A DNA stretch of 64,000 nucleotides from Tilletiaria anomala UBC 951 (lineage: Eukaryota). The stretch spans positions 62,001 through 126,000 of the forward strand of contig NW_013547016.1 of the NCBI RefSeq assembly GCF_000711695.1. Reading direction: 5' to 3'. The translations under genes were made by a program, and so were the position numbers. Position 1 is the first letter of the stretch. Each line of letters opens with the position of its first letter. Shown one piece after another: positions 1 through 13,174 of the stretch. The notes under the pieces are model-generated. The model saw only the letters and a list, made by a program, of their open reading frames with translations, was not told the DNA's origin and did not search any database.

Positions 1-1394
1 TGCGCCGCAGGTGCTTCTCCTTCGCTGCTGCGACTGCCGCATTGCTTGCCTTGACGTCCACCTGTCCGCTAAAGCTCGGCATCTTGGGCGAGAGCCCATG
101 CCGATCAGCCTTGCCACCCTTACCGCCTGCTGCTGCTGCGCCCTTGCGCTGCTTTCCGCCGGCCTTGGAGCCCATGACGGCATGCAGCGAGCTGCCGCGT
201 ATGCTTCCGACGGCATACGCCAGCGCTGCCTCGCCCGCCTTCTGAGCCTGCTCCATCTCGCGACGGACGACATCGCTCTCGATGAGGCGCAGACGCCGCA
301 CGACCTCGCGCATGCCGGGTCGGCGCGCGGGGTCCTCGTCGACGCAGTCGAGCGCGAGCTGGATGAACTCGGGCGGACAACCGTCAGACGCCAAGTCGTA
401 CACCTCATCGGCGTTAACGCCGAACGAGGGCATCTCACGCTTGAATGTGTTGGCGTCGACGAGGTGCCGCGAGAGGATCTCGCAGAAGATGATGCCGAGC
501 GAGAAAATATCCGAGGGGAGCGAAAAGTCGATGCCCATCAGAATCTCAGGCGACATGTAGCCGTCTGTGCCGCAGTACTGAGCATGGAAGGAAAAGGCAG
601 TTGTCAGCATCCAGGGCTCTGGCGATAGCCGCCGTGGTCACTCGCAGAAACACTCACGCTGATCCGCCGCATCTCTTCCTCATTGCGCGCGGCAATGCGC
701 GCAAAGCCAAAGTCACAGACTTTGATGCGGTCATTGGCAGTGATCAGCAGGTTCTCGCCCTTGAGGTCGCGATGCATGCAGTTCCTCGCGTGCAGATACG
801 CAAGCGCGCGCGCAATATCCGTCGCGAAGGAAAGGCGCAGGCGCCACGGGAACGCTTTTCGTGTCTGTGAAAGCGTACGAATATTCCAGGAGATAAAGAC
901 TGTAAGCGCTCGATTTCATAGCGTGCAAAGCCAGCAGGATCCGCGGCCAGAAGCGCAACTCACATCAGCGATGAAGCTTCGCAGGTTGCCGCCGACGAAT
1001 TCGGAGATGATGTAGATACGGCCATCAGGCTCTGGTGACTTGGTGAGGCCAATGTACTGTACAATGTTCGGATGTCGCGCTTCCCTGTAGAACAGCGCAG
1101 CGAATGTAAGAAAGCATGTTTTTCGCAAACCATCCGAAATGGTGTGACGGCCGATCGACAGTAGACCGGCCGCCCGTCTACGCTTTCAACTCACTTCATC
1201 AGCACACACTCGCGCTCAAAGTACTTTTCGACATCGTACGTGTTATTCGGCAGGACCTCCTTGATTGCTACCTGTGTACCTAGGTACTCGCCCTTGAAGA
1301 CGACGCCAAAAGAGCCGCCACCGATCTTGACCCACTTGTCGCTCCCGTCGGGGCCGGTCAAGTCCGAGAACGAGATGACGTCGAAGCGATCCAT
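1..1394 (-). CDS. TKL-group (LISK/TESK-like) protein kinase, 5' part; runs off the window start. Exons about 1394-1195, 1084-964, 864-658, 577-<1
   Basis: Joined exons give IGGGSFGVVFKG, VAIK, HPNIVQYIG, HRDLKGEN, DFGFAR, YCGTDGYMSPE and DIFSLG. The GT..AG introns restore the frame. Confidence 0.9.
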
Positions 1395-4300
1395 GACTGG
1401 TTACTCCTCCCTCTGTGTCTCCTCTCCTGTGGCTGTGGCGGTCTCTCTGTTGTCCGTGCGTCACTCAAGGCCGGGTGCTCGATAGTGTAATGCTGCTGCG
1501 CACAGAGGACGCTCTCAAAGGATAATGTTTGCGTGCGCTCGCGTGTGGGTGTGAGACTTCCGAGCGTGATTTGCGAGCCAAAAGCTATCATAGCATGCTG
1601 ATGCGTCGTATCGGATGTCGTGTGAGAGACGATGACGATGCGGGGAAACGAGAGGGGAGATGGAGCGTCGGAAAGCGAAAGCCACCGGTTGGAGGCCAGC
1701 GTCGTGTTTGATGAGCCTGTCGTGTGTCTATCAAGCTGTACGTCAGTGCGGATGCCAAGGCTAAGGATAGAAGGCGAGTTTGAAGCACAAGCAACTGTGC
1801 AGGTTGATATGTGCGACCACGCACTCCTCTCTGTCGGAACTAGAGCGTCGTCGTGGATGGATCGTTAAGACGTGAGTGACCGCCCGACGAGCTGAGTGTC
1901 AGGCAAACGCTGCGGTGACCAGCAGATGAGCAGACCTATGCGCCCGGTGCTGGTCGTGGTCCTTTTGGAGGGGAGGGGCAAGCTGATATCGCAATAGGAG
2001 AGGAGCAGGGCAGGTGAGGCGAGGCAACATTGAGAGTCGGTCTCTCCCCAGCCTCTCCTGCGGCGATCGTTGCGTCCCTTCTTATGTCCGGGGCTCGCAC
2101 CTTACACCAACGGCTGGTCTATGTATTTATGCGGGGGAAGGTGTGTGAGGTGCGAGCGGATGTGGTGGCATTTTAAGGGGAGCGCGCACCTGACATACGA
2201 GGCAGTTGTTACAAGCGGATGGCCATTCAGCTTATGGTAACCGCTTGCATGCTAGCTGGACTTGGACTGGATGACCCCTGAGTCGATCGAGAGGCTCCAT
2301 TCAGCAGGCGCGACATGGGCACTGCACCACTCTGACCCCCGCCCTCTGGTTACGTAATATATTTCCAACTGTAGTCGCTGCATCTGATGTGTGACTTTCA
2401 CCGTGTACTTTGGCTTCCGTTCCCATGGAAAGCATTCCGATAAAGCTGGATGTGTGACGACACATCTGACATGGGTAGATGAGCTGGCCGCAAACGATTC
2501 AACGCACACTGTGTGCGGGAACTCCTTTGTTTGTTGATTGATCAGTCTTTCTCTGCAAGCAAATGAATGGAATGAGATTCAAACAGGGCGCGCACACGCA
2601 TCAATCGCTGGTCGTTGGAAGCACGGCAGCTCAGCATCCTGCTTTGACCCTCGCATGTGAAACGCAAACGAATAGGAAGTGGCTCCCGTACCGCTAAGCC
2701 TCTCGTGAGGAATTGACACCTTGAGATGAGGAGATTGAGAGTGACAACAAGCTTTCAAGCCCACCACGAGCACGTTGCAGTGGCAAGAAGCAAGACAGGA
2801 GGGTGGAAGGATTGATGACCATGCTCGCTGAGGGAATGGCCTGCATTCAACCGAAGCTTCCCTATGTTAGGGCGCGTTGCAAGACGTATGCGAGAAAGAT
2901 CCGCTTGCTTGCTCGCTGGGATGGACGACCAGCTTTCGTCGGATTGGTCGAGGCAACGATTTTTATTTTATCCCATTCAATAGAGACCCGCGTTCGTGAC
3001 AAACCGACGGCGACACCGGGTGTTACAATGTCAATGTTACAAATCTGTAGTCCCTCTCTGGCTTTCTGCCCCCATGGAAGTAGAGCGGTTGCAACAAGGT
3101 AGCTGCACCGCATAGTGCATAATCTTCAGATGTCAAACCATGAATCCATGAGCGCTGGAACGCTGGTCTTGTACTCGCAGCTGATTCTGCTTTGACCTGG
3201 GAGAACAAAGATTCTGGCGTATCATGCCAGATCTACAAGACGTTTCTGACAACTACGCTCAGTCGCCACCGTATAAATACCAGCTGAACCAGCTCGACGT
3301 ATAAGGGGGCGGTACATAGCCCCTCGAATGTGGCCTACGAAGAACAAGATGCAGAATAGGCGCCGCGCCAGAGAAGCCGTCGGTACAAACTGGGTGGTGG
3401 CTGAACACTGGATCAGGTTGGTTTTTCGTGCAGCGTATGCATTTTATATGCAATTACAAGTTCAGTGTCCTTCAGCCTGCCCTGTGCGCCGAGGTCAAGA
3501 GATGATGCTCGAGGATGAAGCAATTGACGCCAATTGACGCCACGTAATCGTAGCACGACCTGAGTTAATACCAAGCTTCTTTGAAATCTGAATTCCAACG
3601 AGAAGATCCTAGTTCGCGACGACTTCTGGGGCGCTTGTTGTCGACGGGTTGATGCCAGTGGACAACAACGACAGCAGCATATGCCCCATAGATCATCGCA
3701 AATTAGGTGCTTTCGTCGCCAACGCCATGGCGGTGCAGGCTACAACTCGAAGCACGCTAAAACGTACGAGACGTCAACCCGAATCGGTCGTTTCATCTTC
3801 AGCTTCGGAGTGCGTCCAATGAAGTCTGTATTCGGAAGAGACTAGGTCACATGTATTAAGTTCAACATCCTGATGCTGATGATGTCGATGAATGCGGAAA
3901 TGGAAGTACCGATGTCCTCGCACATGCCGCCACGCGTATGGCGTACGATGGCTGTACTTAACACATACAGATTTGCCGGCTTCCTCAACTACATGATTGG
4001 GTGCCGGAAAGTGGCCGAACGAAATTGGGGCCCACTCGCCAATTCAGCGCATCCCAATTACTCCCAACCATCTGCACTTCGGAGGGACCATAACATTCTC
4101 CATCGAAGGACTGAGCAACTCACTCCAGTTGCATCTACATGGGGATTAGCATGCATGTAATGAACAGCATGTGAAACCCTGCATCAGTTCGACCACGAGG
4201 GACTCCCTTTCGCTTGTGTGGACGGGAAGGTGCGGCAATTATCGGCGAGGGACTCTCGGCCGAATGTGCCACGGCAGCAATGAGAATGCTCACGAATCTT

Positions 4301-4589
4301 TTTTTTTGTTTTCCCTTGGGAAAGCTTTGGAGGCACTGCAGCAGTGCCAGCGGGTATGACTCGGGTCACCCCAAAACGCAATTATATTTAACAACTCGCA
4401 TAGATAACCAATGCAAAGGGATCATATTCACCATATCTTCAAAGAGGTGGTGCTCGCTGGCTTTGGCATCAGATTGCATTGCACCGCGCCGACAAAAGCT
4501 ATTCTTTCTGCTGCAGCAGCTGCTGCATCACATCGAAGCAACCGCGGGCACACACGCCAGGACACCACCCCACAAGTTGCAGCAGCGTC

Positions 4590-6236
4590 ATGACCATCGC
4601 CAGCGGCACGGGCGCCTTGCTGGAGGCCGGTGGAGCGGCCGCTGCGACTCATTGCAACGGCGATCTTCCTGCGGTGCCTCCTCCTGCTGCAACGACGAAC
4701 GGGCATGTCAATGGCAACAGCAGTGGCCATCAAGACCAACCACGGCCGCTCGACGCAAGCAGGCTGACGATCACCCGTCATCCCAACCCATCGCCGCCCA
4801 ACTTTGAGAACATGGTCTTCGGCCACCGCTTCTCGCCGCACATGCTTGTCGTTGACTGGACCGCCTCCGAGGGCTGGGCAGATCCAAAGATCATGCCGTA
4901 TGGCGAGATGAGCATCTCTCCCGCCGCGCCTGCGTTCCACTATGCTTCGGGCCTCTTCGAGGGTATGAAGGCCTACCGCTCCGCGCACCAGGAGGACAAC
5001 TCGCAAGAGCAGCAGGACATTCTGCTCTTCCGCCCTGACATGAACATGGCTCGAATGAACCGCAGTGCAGCGAGGGCCGGCTTGCCGACCTTTGACGCGG
5101 ATGAGATGATCAAGCTGCTCAAGGCGCTCGTCCGTCTCGACGCCGATTACGTGCCCGCCAGCGAGGGACAAACGCTGTACCTCCGACCAACACTCATCGG
5201 GGTGCGTTCTATTTCTCCTGGCTTTCGCTGGCACGTGCACGGTTGCTGACACCAAAAATGCTTCCGTGCTTCCTTTTGTAGACCACACCCGCGATAGGCA
5301 TGGCTCCGCCCCGCGATGCGAGACTCTTCTGCATCTGCAGCCCCAGCGGCCCGTACTTTTCTGCGGACTTCAAGCGTGAGTTATACGTCTCATGTTTTGT
5401 CTCCAGCATCAATGGCGAGAAGTGCTGATGCTGACGCATATCTTTCCCGTGTGCATCATTCCGAATCGTCGCAGCCGTCTCTTTGTTTGCACGTGCAGAT
5501 GTCGTACGAGCATGGACTGGGGGAACAGGCAGCTACAAGCTCGCCGCCAACTACGCTGTGAGTGGATGCCTTCGTCATCCTTTGCCCGATATTGTCTCAT
5601 AGATCAAATAACGCTGATACTCTTCTGTCAAATAGCCTGCAACCGTTCCAGCGGCGGAAGCAGCCAAGCAGGGCTACCAACAGGTGCTCTGGCTCTTCGG
5701 TGACAAGCTGGAGCTTACCGAGGTCGGTGCGATGAACTTTTTGCTCGTTTTCCGCAAACCTGACGGTGGTGAGTATTGCCACCAGAATTCCCACTATTGG
5801 AGACGAGCGCGACTCGAATGACTGACATTTGACTCCCACCCTGCCAGTCATCGAGATCGCCACCGCCCCACTCGACGACGGCTACATCCTGCCGGGCGTG
5901 ACTCGTGATTCGATCCTGACGCTCCTGCGCATGCATATCACAGGGCAGCTGACGATCACAGGGCTGCCACCAGCTGACAAGCTGCTCGTCTCGGAGCGCA
6001 AAGTGTTTATGCACGAAGTGATTGAGGCTTCGCGCACTGGCTCGATCGTTGAGGCGTTCGGCGCGGGGACAGCAGCGATCATCGCGCCGGTCGACCGCAT
6101 CGGGTTTGAAGGGAAGGACTACAGCATCCCCGTCGGCAAGAACGGGTTCGGGGACATTGCGTGGACGCTGCTCCGTGAGCTCATCGGAAGACAGACCGGC
6201 GCAATTGAACACAAGGGATGGAGCGTGGTGTGCTAG
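4590..6236 (+). CDS. BAT1: Branched-chain amino acid aminotransferase (PLP fold IV). Exons 4590-5201, 5282-5375, 5475-5557, 5636-5768, 5848-6236
   Basis: Motifs FHYASGLFEGMKAYR, LFRPDMNMARM, LYLRPTLIG, RAWTGGTGSYKLAANY (PLP lysine), TEVGAMN, ILPGVTRDS and EAFGAGTAA. Four canonical introns. Confidence 0.95.
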
Positions 6237-6359
6237 ATTGATAGACTTAACGGTCCAGCGGATGTAATTTCAGTGTGCTGTTGCCGTATTCCACTTGCAT
6301 ATTACGAGTCTCTCCTGGTCGCTGTTGAAGGACGCGCCCATGATGGGAAGCGAGATGTT

Positions 6360-9129
6360 TCATGCGACGTAGCGGTATACGCCTCGCTGGCCCTCAACGC
6401 GCTCCATGTAATCCTTTTCGAGCAGCGATTCGAAAGTCTTCTTGAGCTCGGACGCCTCAACGCCGAACCGACCCTTGATCTGCTCCACCACCTCGGTCAT
6501 TAGATCTGAGTGCTTGATCTCCCTCTTTGCCTTGAGGACTCGCACCGCCGCGGCTTGCAGCACGAGCTCGCGGTCGATCAGCACACGCTGCTCGGTGTCC
6601 TTCTGCTCCTCCTGCGTCTGAGCCATCTGGACCTGGTTGATGCGGATGCGCAGCCGATCGTTCTTGATTTTGTCGTTGACTGAGAACGTGTCGCCGTCGT
6701 TCACGTCTCTGCCTTGTGGGGATTTTCGCAGGACGCGTGTTGGGATCGGTCCGCAGGCGAGCGACTGCAGGCTGCGCTTCAGTTCGACTGCCTCGAGACC
6801 TGTCTGCGCGGCGATGTCCTTGTACGGCAACTGCTTGCCAGACTCGATGCCGTTGAAGAGGGTGAGAATGACAGCTTGATACGTCGAGACGAGCAACTCC
6901 TTTTGACCCGCCTTAGGGAACTCAGCGATGATAGTGTTGTTACCGAGCGAATGCTGCCATTGCAGTTTGCGCCCCGAGTTGCGACCCTGGTAAAAGACGT
7001 TGAACGTCTCTGTCGCTTGGGCCATGTCTGTCGGCAGGATGATCTCATGCTGTGGGTACGTCGGCCAGTGTGCTTGGGTGAGAACGTTGACAGACATGTC
7101 AAATTGATAGGGCAGCTCGCCACTGCCACGCGCCTTGGCCTCGAACCTCTCCCACGCCTTCATGATATCGTCCGATAGCGCGACGTCCTTCAGCATCGTC
7201 TCGAGCTTGCGCGTGAAGTCCGGTCCACACTCCTCCTTGAGCTTGAGTAGCATGCTCATCTCCGCGTCAGAGCTGGCCGACTTGTTCAGCAGCAGGCGCT
7301 TGGCAAAGTGTCGCGTGTAGAATTCCTCGAACATGTCCTTGTCCTTAGTGAAGCGGAAGAGGACGAGGGCTTTGTTCAGCGCCGTCTCTAGCTCGGTATC
7401 CGACATGGTCTTGTTGCCGCTGCGCAGGAGGACGTCGACGTGCTTGGCGATCAGCTCTGGCGGTTTATTATCGCGTCGATTGACACCCCATGCAAACGCA
7501 TCGCGCATGCTCGCGGAAAAGTCGTTGTCGGCGTGGAAAGCATCTGCGACGATCGCGTCGAGATTGCGCTTCAGCGCCAGCAGCCGGTCAACCATCTCGT
7601 CATCCTTGCTCTTGTCGTTGACGACCGCCTCTACTTTGCCACGGATGTACGCGCCGAAGGCAGTGCGCAAGCGCGCAAGCGGTGTTGCTGCTGCATCTTT
7701 GCTGTCGCTCGCCTGGGCTTTGTGGTGGCTGGAAGCAACGTGGAAGATGGAGTAAAGATGCGAAAGAGTGGCGATACCGGCAGCGTCAAACACACTTGAT
7801 ATGCCTGAACAGAAGGGAAAATGAAAGGGAAAGGTCAAACATGGTGCCGGCATAAGAACGACTTTCACGCCCACCTGTGCTGAGCTCCTCCGCGTGGTCG
7901 TTAGCGACTCGGTTGTAGACGATCGACATGGCTTTTCCTGCGTAAATTTCATTGTCGTAGAGCCACCCGCTCAGCACAGTCTCGTGTTCCACGACGCTCG
8001 CCATCCAGTGCGCATATAGAGCTGCGTACGCGTCCTGGCCCGCACTTTTGCTGGCAATGAGCTTGAGCGGAGCGAGGCGAGCGTAGTACGCTTCAGTTGC
8101 GGCGTGTACTGCATTCTTGAGCGCGTCGTACGATTGCGTCTCGCAGAAGAGCTTAAGGATCGACTCGGCATATAGCTGCTGGAAAGCAGACGCTTCGATC
8201 GAGCGCGGCGGGAGGGGCTGCTTACCCGCACTCGATGATACCAGCGCTGGCGCCTCAACTTGCGGGATGCGGCAGAAAGTGTCGACCGCCCGCGTCGTGA
8301 AGGGCAGGATGGCAGCGCAGAGCGTCGGATCCCGCATGACCTGGTATGCAAAGCTGTCGATGGCGAGTTCTTTGATCTGGAAGCGTAGCTGGACATCCTC
8401 ACCCTCGGCCGCATCCTCGTCAGCTCCGAAGGCACTACGCTTTGCAGGTAGCCGAGCTGCGTGCCGGAAGGCGGCACGATCGAGCGGCAAGAGAATGTTG
8501 GCGACGAGATGCGTGCGCTCTTTCCAGGTGGTCCACGACTTCGCGAAGGTGTCGAGCCAAGCCTGTTCATTTTGCAAAGCCTGTTCCACAGCCGTCGCAC
8601 TGACGTCAGACGAGGGAGGCGGGAGGTCCGAGCGCAGCTGCTTTGTCAATGCCGTCAAGCTCTTTTCGATCTCCACCTTGACTGCTTCGTAGAGCGACTG
8701 CAGCGGCTCGTCATCCGACGTGCGCAGACTGTACGAAGCAACCAGCTCGCATTGCCTGTAAAGCGCGTTGTAATCGATGTTCAGCGAGCGGGGGGAGCTG
8801 CCCAAGTCGAGAAGCTGACGCAAGCCATGGACCAGCTGCTGCGAAGAGGGCGGACTGGAAGCACCTGAGCCAGCGTCTGTGGGCGGTGCGACGAACTGGA
8901 GCTTGAGAGGCTGATGCGTCGTTCGAGAACCCTGCAAGTGCGCACCGGCTAGTGATCTGCGGGTCGTCTGCTGGGCTGTCTGCGCGGCAGCCAGCTTGGC
9001 AACAACGGAAGAGAACCCGCCGTTGCCATATTGCCTGGACTCTGCGCAGCGGGCAGGGTGACGCTTGTCCTGCAGCGCATCGAATGCCTCGACCAGCGGG
9101 CCGAGGCGCGCAGCCTGAGCGAACGCCAT
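6360..9129 (-). CDS. Cullin, most like Cullin-4, about 899 aa. Exons 9129-7875 and 7804-6360
   Basis: C-terminal cullin homology region (NKPPELIAKHVD, DKDMFEEFY, AKRLLLNKSASSDAE, KLKEECG, RKLQWQHSLG), neddylation-type VRVLK motif and a Y-V-A terminus. A 70-nt GT..AG intron joins the two ORFs in frame. Confidence 0.9.
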
Positions 9130-9707
9130 CGTCAGTTCAGGCCTGCTGAGTTGTGAGATTGCATCTGTTGCACGCTCAAGACGTGCGCACTCTAACCTTC
9201 GGCCGGCCTGACCAAGATGAGCGCCTTCTGTGATCGTATCGTCATTCGTACCCTCGGTGACGATATCTATTAATCACTCGTCGGAAACAGCGGGCGGGAA
9301 GTCCAGCGACAAGAAGTGCGAGCGCGGGCGCATCACAACGTTCAGTTTCCCGCGCCAAAATGCAAAGTGCGAGCGGGAGGCAAGTAGGTGTTCTACTTTG
9401 TGCACCAGATCCACTTTTGCATTTGGCAGGCAGTTACTCTCCTTGGATATTCCAAGCACAGGCATCATTTTGCGCTAACACCAGCTGCACTCTACTCGCC
9501 CGGTCCCGCGCACAACACACACTCAATGGGTTGTACATCGAAGCAAAGAAGCTGTTCGATTCTGATAAACTATCCGGGAATGTACTCGGACATATACATG
9601 ACTGGAAGAGGGTCGAGGCGTGCGTGCCACGAGGGGATCATTTCTCCATCGGCCTTCTTCAATTAATAGCAACGACCGACGCTGGCACCTCTTGTTCTTC
9701 ATCTGTC

Positions 9708-11208
9708 TCACGGCAAGCTGACCTTCCAGCTCCAATCGATGTTCTTGTCGACCGTCTCGATGCGCGGCTTGCTGGTGCCAAAGATGACGTCCCAGAGGCG
9801 CGTCTGCTTGCCGTAGTTGCCGCCATAGTGCTTCCATCCATGGCGGTGGTGTAGGTCGTGGTCCTCCAGGTCGAGCTCCATGCCGAGCGGGCGCAGGATG
9901 ATGCTGTTGCACGGTGACGAGGCGTCTGCACGCGACACCGAAAATGAGAGGTCAGTGTCTGCGCGTGCGGTAGAAGCAAGCGACGCGTGCAGCAGCGGAC
10001 TCACAGATTCTGGCGCCAGAATGGCCGCCGCTCTCAGCAGTAATGACGTATTGTATGCAGATAAATGCCTCGGCGTACGTCACACTGAGCGGGCCGAGAT
10101 TGAGCATGACGAGATACGTGAGAAAGGGCACGATGTACGCATCGAAAATCTCTTGCTCCGTGTCTGCGAACGCGGAGAGCAGCGAGGAAGGGTGCTTCGT
10201 CATGTGGTGGGCTTAATGAATGCGTGATCATCCAAGAGAGATAATCATCGTCATCATCAGCATTGGCAAAGACAAGGAACAGGGCTCACAGTGCCATTTG
10301 GCAGTTTCGACTCACTCTTGTGGTACTTCCACAGCGCAGGGACCTCGTGCATCGCCCTGTGGTACCAATAGAACCAAAAATCGAGGGTGATCGACCAGAG
10401 GAAGAGCTGCAGTCGTGAACGAGATCATCCAGGGTCAGCGCGGGACAGTGAATCCAGGTGTTGTTGCAAGCGAACGCACCTTGACAGGCACCAGCCAGGT
10501 AACGCTGGGGAGCTCGTTACGGTCGTAGATGAGGAAGAGCCCGATGAGGGGACGGAGAAGGACGACTTTGAGCACCTCGGACAGGATGTGCCAATCCTTG
10601 TCGTCTGGAACGCCGTCGCGCGGAGCGTTGCCTGTAGCCGACCGGGAGTAGCAGACATTGAAAGCAGAGGGAAAAATAGCGTCAGTCAGTCAGCATGGTT
10701 GGTCTAGCCGACGGTAAATAGATAAGTATAGATACGCACCGTCGAGGAAGCCGTACTTCATCGCAAACTTGTTGACCTTTTGTGTGCTCCACACCGACAG
10801 GCCATTATAGGCGGCTGTGTACAGAACGTACGCAGCGATCGGGTGGAGGGTAGCACCTGTGAACTTCATGTACGACCAGTGCATCAGCACGGGCGCAACA
10901 GCCCAGGGGAGCGTATGGGCATGCTGCTGCCAGAACGTCCACACAGGCACGGGGTCGTCCTTCTTTTTGATCGGAGCTGCTTTCTTGCCGGGGAAGTTGG
11001 GTAAGACGTCGAGGAAGGCGATGAAGCGCTGCGCGCGCGTCCACTCGGAGCGCGGCTTGCTCGGCCAGCTGGTGTACATGAAGGCCTTTTGGGCGTTTCG
11101 CACGCTGGCGTCATTGCTGCCGTTCTCTGCATCGTCCTTGTTGCCGATTTCCCCTGTGCTGTGCTGCTCGGGTGCGCTGGCCAGAGATGATGTAATGCCG
11201 TCGGGCAT
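9708..11208 (-). CDS. Fatty acid hydroxylase / sterol desaturase superfamily membrane di-iron enzyme, multi-exon
   Basis: His boxes FYWYHRAMHE, HHMTKHP and HDLHHRHG, plus NYGKQTRLWDVIFGT and hydrophobic segments. Several GT..AG introns, the first at 10739-10632. Confidence 0.9.
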
Positions 11209-12028
11209 GATGACCGTTTACTTACTGTTCGTGTGCGGTGGCACGCAGCTCGGATAAGACGGCGAGGCGACAGTGACTCGTCGCAACTGTCGATGGAAAG
11301 AAATACTGCAAAACTCTGGAGGTCTGGCGCCCAGCAGGCTACGCTAGAGCTGATACACTAGATGGGCAGGGTAGATGTTTACACTGAAACCTCGCCGAAC
11401 GCGCCTATCTGACCCATCAACAATGGGGCGGGGGTATGGCTGTTGCGCTGCTGGCAAGGACGGCGTTGAGGATAATGGGGGCCATGATTGAGGGCGACCT
11501 CAGGAGGTGTATTGTCCGTGACTGTGATATCTGCCAAGCCAGCGTAGTGAGGGCTTTCCATGGTAAGCAGGTAAGATGTTGCAGGGATGCATACTGGAGG
11601 TCAGGTGGGGGCTCCTGCGTGAGAGAACGTGTGAGTGTGTTTGGTGTGTGAAAATGTATGTTCGTGTCGTTCCGCCCCCTTCCCCGCACTAGTCAACCTG
11701 TCGACGCTCTTTTCGGAGCCGGTTGAAAGGTGGCACCGGGTCCGAGTGGCGCATCTGGCAACCCTACTTGCACTTTTCCGCATCTCGGTCATCAGTCTCC
11801 GCCGACTGCCGGGCTACTCACTTCTCACCTTGTGCCGGCCGGCACTAGTTTGGTTCACCTCCAAGCTCCAGCTGTCCACCAGCACTGCACATACAGCAGA
11901 TTCGTGCAAAACGTGTCCCCAACAGTACGCTCCTCTCCAACACACGCGCCTCTGACTTACAAGCGGCCAATCACTTGCGCTTGACCTTCGCTCGCCGCCT
12001 CACCCATCGCCGTTCGGACGACAACGTC

Positions 12029-13174
12029 ATGTCCTTCCCGCAGCCCTATGTGCCTCTCGCCTCGAGCGTCGCGCACCACCTCGTGCAGTGGGAAGTGCCA
12101 CACGTAGTGCGCGTCAGCTTCCACCGCAAACCGGTCAACGCTCTGAGCGAAGCGCTGTGGCGCGAGACACAGCGCATCTTCGACCACCTCCACTCCGACG
12201 GCGACGTGCGCGCTGTCGTGCTCTCCGGCGAGGGGAGGTGCTTTACCGCTGGGCTGGACCGTACGTGGCGCCTTTGGACCTCTAGAAAGGAGGCTGGTGG
12301 GGCTAAACACATAACCTGGACTGACCGGGCGATTTTCGTTCATAGTGTTCGATGCGAACCTCGGAGAAATCATGGAGGCCGGCAGCGATGTTGCGCGTAA
12401 AGCCTTCCTCATGCGCCAACATGTTCAAGACTTCCAGGCTGCCATTTCCTCCATAGGTGAGCAGTGGCCTTGAATAACTCCAGCTTCACCCAGGGAAAGA
12501 AGCGAAGCGTTTGAATCTGGCATTGACTCCTTCGCCGCATCCTCAATCGCCCGCAGAAAAATGTGAAAAGCCCGTGATTGGCGCAGCGCACTCGATCTCG
12601 ATAGGCGGCGCGATCGATATCCTGTGCGCATGCGACGTGCGCTACTGCTCCACCGACGTCGTCTTCAGTATCAAAGAAGTGGACGTGGGCCTTGCGGCGG
12701 ATCTGGGAACGCTGCAGCGCTTTCCTAAGATCGTCGGCAACGATTCCCGATCACGCGAGCTCGCGTTCACCGCGCGAAACTTCGACGCCAAGGAGGCGCA
12801 GGAGATCGGGTTCGTCAGCAAGATTGTAGACGGGGGACAAAAGGGCGTCGTCGGTGAGTCCCCCAACTAAATAATACTGCTACTGTGCCTGCTGCGAGCC
12901 ACAGCCTGTACCCTTTGAACGGGTCGCTCATCCACTCGCTTCTGCCCTCCGCTTCGCAGCCGAGGCGATCAAGACGGCGGCGCTGATCGCGACAAAGTCG
13001 CCTGTGGCGGTACGCAGCACGAAGGCACTGATGGTCTACTCGCGTGATCACAGCGTCGAAGAGGGGCTACGTTACACGAGTATCTGGAACGCGGCGATGC
13101 TCCAGTCGGAAGACCTCCTCGCCGCTATGGCTGCTGCGATGCAAAAGACGACGGCGACGTTTGCGAAGTTGTAG
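12029..13174 (+). CDS. ECH1: Peroxisomal delta(3,5)-delta(2,4)-dienoyl-CoA isomerase (crotonase family), multi-exon
   Basis: Motifs RAVVLSGEGRCFTAGLD, KPVIGAAHSISIGGAID and FSIKEVDVGLAADLGTLQRFPKIVG. The protein ends ...TFAKL-stop (PTS1). Confidence 0.9.

Noticed and set aside
2250..4400. Short ORFs between the kinase and BAT genes
   Set aside because: No recognisable motifs or consistent exon structure; treated as divergent intergenic DNA.
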